Positions 33,353 through 35,346 of a stretch of DNA of 35,346 nt are shown one piece after another. The stretch is from Stramenopiles sp. TOSAG23-6 (taxonomy: Eukaryota), in the NCBI GenBank assembly GCA_900128565.1, contig LT635945.1, positions 1-35,346 of the forward strand, written 5' to 3'. The translations under genes and the position numbers were made by a program. Each line of letters begins with the position of its first letter. Position 1 is the first letter of the stretch. The notes beneath the pieces were generated by a model that saw only the letters and a list, made by a program, of their open reading frames with translations, made no database searches and was not told the DNA's origin.

Positions 33353-34272
33353 TTACCATTTATCATTTGCAGGTCCTGTGCGGCAATATAATGGATTTAG
33401 CCCTAAACAATAATGACAAGTCAAATATGACGGACAAGGAGATCTCAAGGCTTGAGTTCCCCCCAAATCTTGATAGCACCAATTATTCATAAATTCAGGA
33501 CATGTATTTTGAAAAAATATTTCAAAAAAAATTCGTTAGGTACAAAATTTCGTACGAAAAATAAATTTGAAATTGAAAAAAAATAAAACATACATGCTCG
33601 TAAAGTCATTTGTTGTGCAAGACACATTGCTTTGTACTCATCATGTGGTACCTTTTTGCACAAATCATAGAACCCATGACCTAATAGATACGCATTCTTA
33701 TTGATGAGTTTACAAATTTCACACTCCTGAACACCCGTAGATGTGTAGTAAATAATTCCTGCTTTTTTTGGAATATTTTTACCAAACGGGATGAATTGAC
33801 CGGGTTCTCTTTTGCCAGAGTCCCCATTTTCGCTTTGAAGTTGTTCAACAAGTCCGCCACCTGAACCAGGAACATTGATACCAGAATGTTTCACTGGTAG
33901 GGCACTATTTTGTAGAATATCAGTCAGAGAAACTGCTCCTGTCTCCCCAGTAGGTCCTGCTGCCTTTCCACCAGCTGCCTCTGCCACAGGTTCTTCTACA
34001 GCTTCCCCTTCCTTTACTTTTTTTCCTCCGCCTTTTTTCTCTTTTTTCTCTTTATCATCGTTAGCTTCTTCTGCATCAGCCTCTTTATCGTCAGCCTCTT
34101 TATCGTCAGCCTTTTTAAATCTTGCTTGCGCGTGGTGGTGTTTATGAGTATGCTTTTTCAGAGTATGCTTTTTATGATGATGTTTCGGTCTGCCAAGAAC
34201 TTTCTCGCCCATACACATTATACAAAAACATGCTAGTATAGCAATTGCAATACATATATTCAATTTGATCAT
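33353..34272 (-). CDS. Secreted protein (~275 aa; exons 34272-33594 and 33501-33353) with His/Lys-rich N-region and Cys-rich C-terminal domain
   Basis: Signal-peptide-like MIKLNICIAIAILACFCIMCMG, then KHHHKKHTLKKHTHKHHH, KEADD repeats and ECEICKLI...LC...MC. The ORF-track tail (MFYFFSIS...) is intron read-through. Splicing gives CPEFMNNWCYQDLGGTQALRSPCPSYLTCHYCLGLNPLYCRTGPANDKW-stop (TAA 33355-33353). Confidence 0.8.
33502..33593 (-). other. Spliceosomal intron, phase 1 (3' boundary uncertain)
   Basis: Donor GTATGT at 33593, CCTAAC branch motif at 33540-33535, T tracts, very AT-rich. Ends ...AAATACAT|GT at 33502, or at the in-frame AG at 33470-33469. Confidence 0.75.
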
Positions 34273-34556
34273 TTATATTGTTGTTTGCAACGTGCTTGTG
34301 ACTGTCTAAAAATATTCGCCGTGGAGAATAAGGAGATTAGACAACAATTTCAGATACTTTCAATTTTGAAATCCAAATTCGAATTAAATCACCGAAACGA
34401 AAATTTCTTCCGAAAGTTTAGAACAAACCTGCTTTGCTGTGCAAATTCGGCGGTTTTTATTGCTTTGACTTCTATTACACCTACGTACAAGTCTGGTATC
34501 AACGGGTAAGTATCAAATTAGCAAGTAAAGATACAACTTACAATTCATACAATAAA
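34273..34556. promoter_or_regulatory. 284-bp divergent intergenic region, probable bidirectional promoter
   Basis: Lies between head-to-head ATGs at 34272(-) and 34557(+). No specific element identified. Confidence 0.45.
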
Positions 34557-35346
34557 ATGTCCATGATGTCTGCACCTCTAAAAAAATCTATTGTAACAGT
34601 TGTAATACCTGAATTTGATACGATTAATTCGAAACTCGGTACCCCTGGCGACAGACTGGGTATATATGTCAAAAGATTAACTCTCGGGGTTCTTTTAAGT
34701 GCTGGTGTTAAAAAGGGGATGCAGTTGTTGCGTATAAACGACACTGATGTCAGTAGTTACACGTATAAACAGGCGAAGCCTTTATTAAAGGATACTGCTG
34801 AGAAGATTCTGGTATTTGGAAAAATTAAACAAGATAAACAAATAAATTCTGTAGTATCTCAGAATAAAACAAAAGAACAAATTGAAACCCAAAAACGAAA
34901 AATGAAGGAAACGAATCTCAGAAAACAACAATTTGTACAACCGCAAACAGAAAAAAGAAAAAAAGTAAATACATTGAAAGACAAAAAGCTTAAAACAACG
35001 GCGAAACCACAGCGAGAGAATTCTATTATAACAGTTGTAATACCTGAATTTGATACGATTAATTCGAAACTCGGTACCACTGACGACAAAATGGGTATAT
35101 ATGTCAAAAGATTAACTCTTGGGGTTCTTTTAAGTGCTGGTGTTAAAAAGGGGATGCAGTTGTTGCGTATAAATGATACTGATGTCAGTAGTTACACGTA
35201 TAAACATGCGAAGCCTTTATTACAGGATACTGCTGAGAAGATTCTGGTATTTGGAAAAATTAAACAAGATAAACAAATAAATTCTGTAGTATCTCAGAAT
35301 AAAACAAAAGAACAAATTGAAACCCAAAAACGAAAAATGAAGGAAA
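34557..35346 (+). CDS. Tandem PDZ-like domain protein, 3'-truncated (not in ORF track)
   Basis: Manual translation, open to window end: MSMMSAPLKKSIVTVVIPEFDTINSKLGTPGDRLGIYVKRLTLGVLLSAGVKKGMQLLRINDTDVSSYTYKQAKPLLKDTAEKILVFG, a Lys/Gln-rich linker, then a second copy. GIYV...AG.K.G.QLL.IN..DV....Y..A..LLK matches the PDZ betaC-alphaB pattern. Confidence 0.8.
   Translation, partial: MSMMSAPLKKSIVTVVIPEFDTINSKLGTPGDRLGIYVKRLTLGVLLSAGVKKGMQLLRINDTDVSSYTYKQAKPLLKDTAEKILVFGKIKQDKQINSVVSQNKTKEQIETQKRKMKETNLRKQQFVQPQTEKRKKVNTLKDKKLKTTAKPQRENSIITVVIPEFDTINSKLGTTDDKMGIYVKRLTLGVLLSAGVKKGMQLLRINDTDVSSYTYKHAKPLLQDTAEKILVFGKIKQDKQINSVVSQNKTKEQIETQKRKMKE
34587..35346 (+). repeat. Direct tandem duplication, period 435 bp (145 aa)
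   Basis: 34587-34911 matches 35022-35346 with 10 substitutions by manual comparison. Confidence 0.95.

Noticed and set aside
33487-33593. C-terminus MFYFFSISNLFFVRNF... of the 261-aa ORF as a TM anchor
   Set aside because: It is translated T-rich intron starting at a GTATGT donor; a better Cys-rich exon follows.
33502-33595. U12-type AT-AC intron or a MITE
   Set aside because: The 5' end lacks the U12 ATATCCTT consensus and matches the U2 GTATGT donor. The inverted repeat is short, AT-rich and single-copy here.
34285-35107. ORFs 34285..34509(+), 34538..34744(-) and 34859..35107(-)
   Set aside because: The first has a non-ATG start in the intergenic region and no features; the other two are antisense shadows of the PDZ-like gene.
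1-35346. Prokaryotic or giant-virus origin
   Set aside because: A spliceosomal-type intron, IQ motifs and a heavily disulfide-bonded type I membrane protein favour a eukaryotic nucleus, and no viral hallmark genes are seen. A viral origin is not formally excluded.

Overview
AT-rich (roughly 35-40% GC by eye), gene-dense DNA, most likely from a microbial eukaryote. About 94% of the window is one uninterrupted + strand reading frame, open from base 2 to 33193. It encodes the C-terminal >11,060 aa of a giant type I membrane protein whose true start lies upstream of the window. The ectodomain is a stalk of about 107 six-cysteine Sushi/CCP-like modules (manual count) in a regular four-module A-B-C-D period. 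Ligand-binding-type domains are inserted inside individual modules: 12 WSC, 3 Methyltransf_FA-like, 3 Tudor-like, 5 PAN/apple-like, 1 circularly permuted discoidin-like, 1 LamG-like and 1 unrecognised domain. After the stalk come 15 four-cysteine repeats, one TM helix and a cytoplasmic tail (Asp/Tyr-rich tract, two IQ motifs, a 33-bp tandem repeat and a short aromatic terminal module). Downstream is a convergent two-exon gene for a secreted His/Lys-rich, Cys-rich protein, whose intron appears to end in AT rather than AG. The last gene is divergent and 3'-truncated, with recently duplicated PDZ-like domains, and is missing from the ORF track. All domain names come from visual motif recognition, not database searches.
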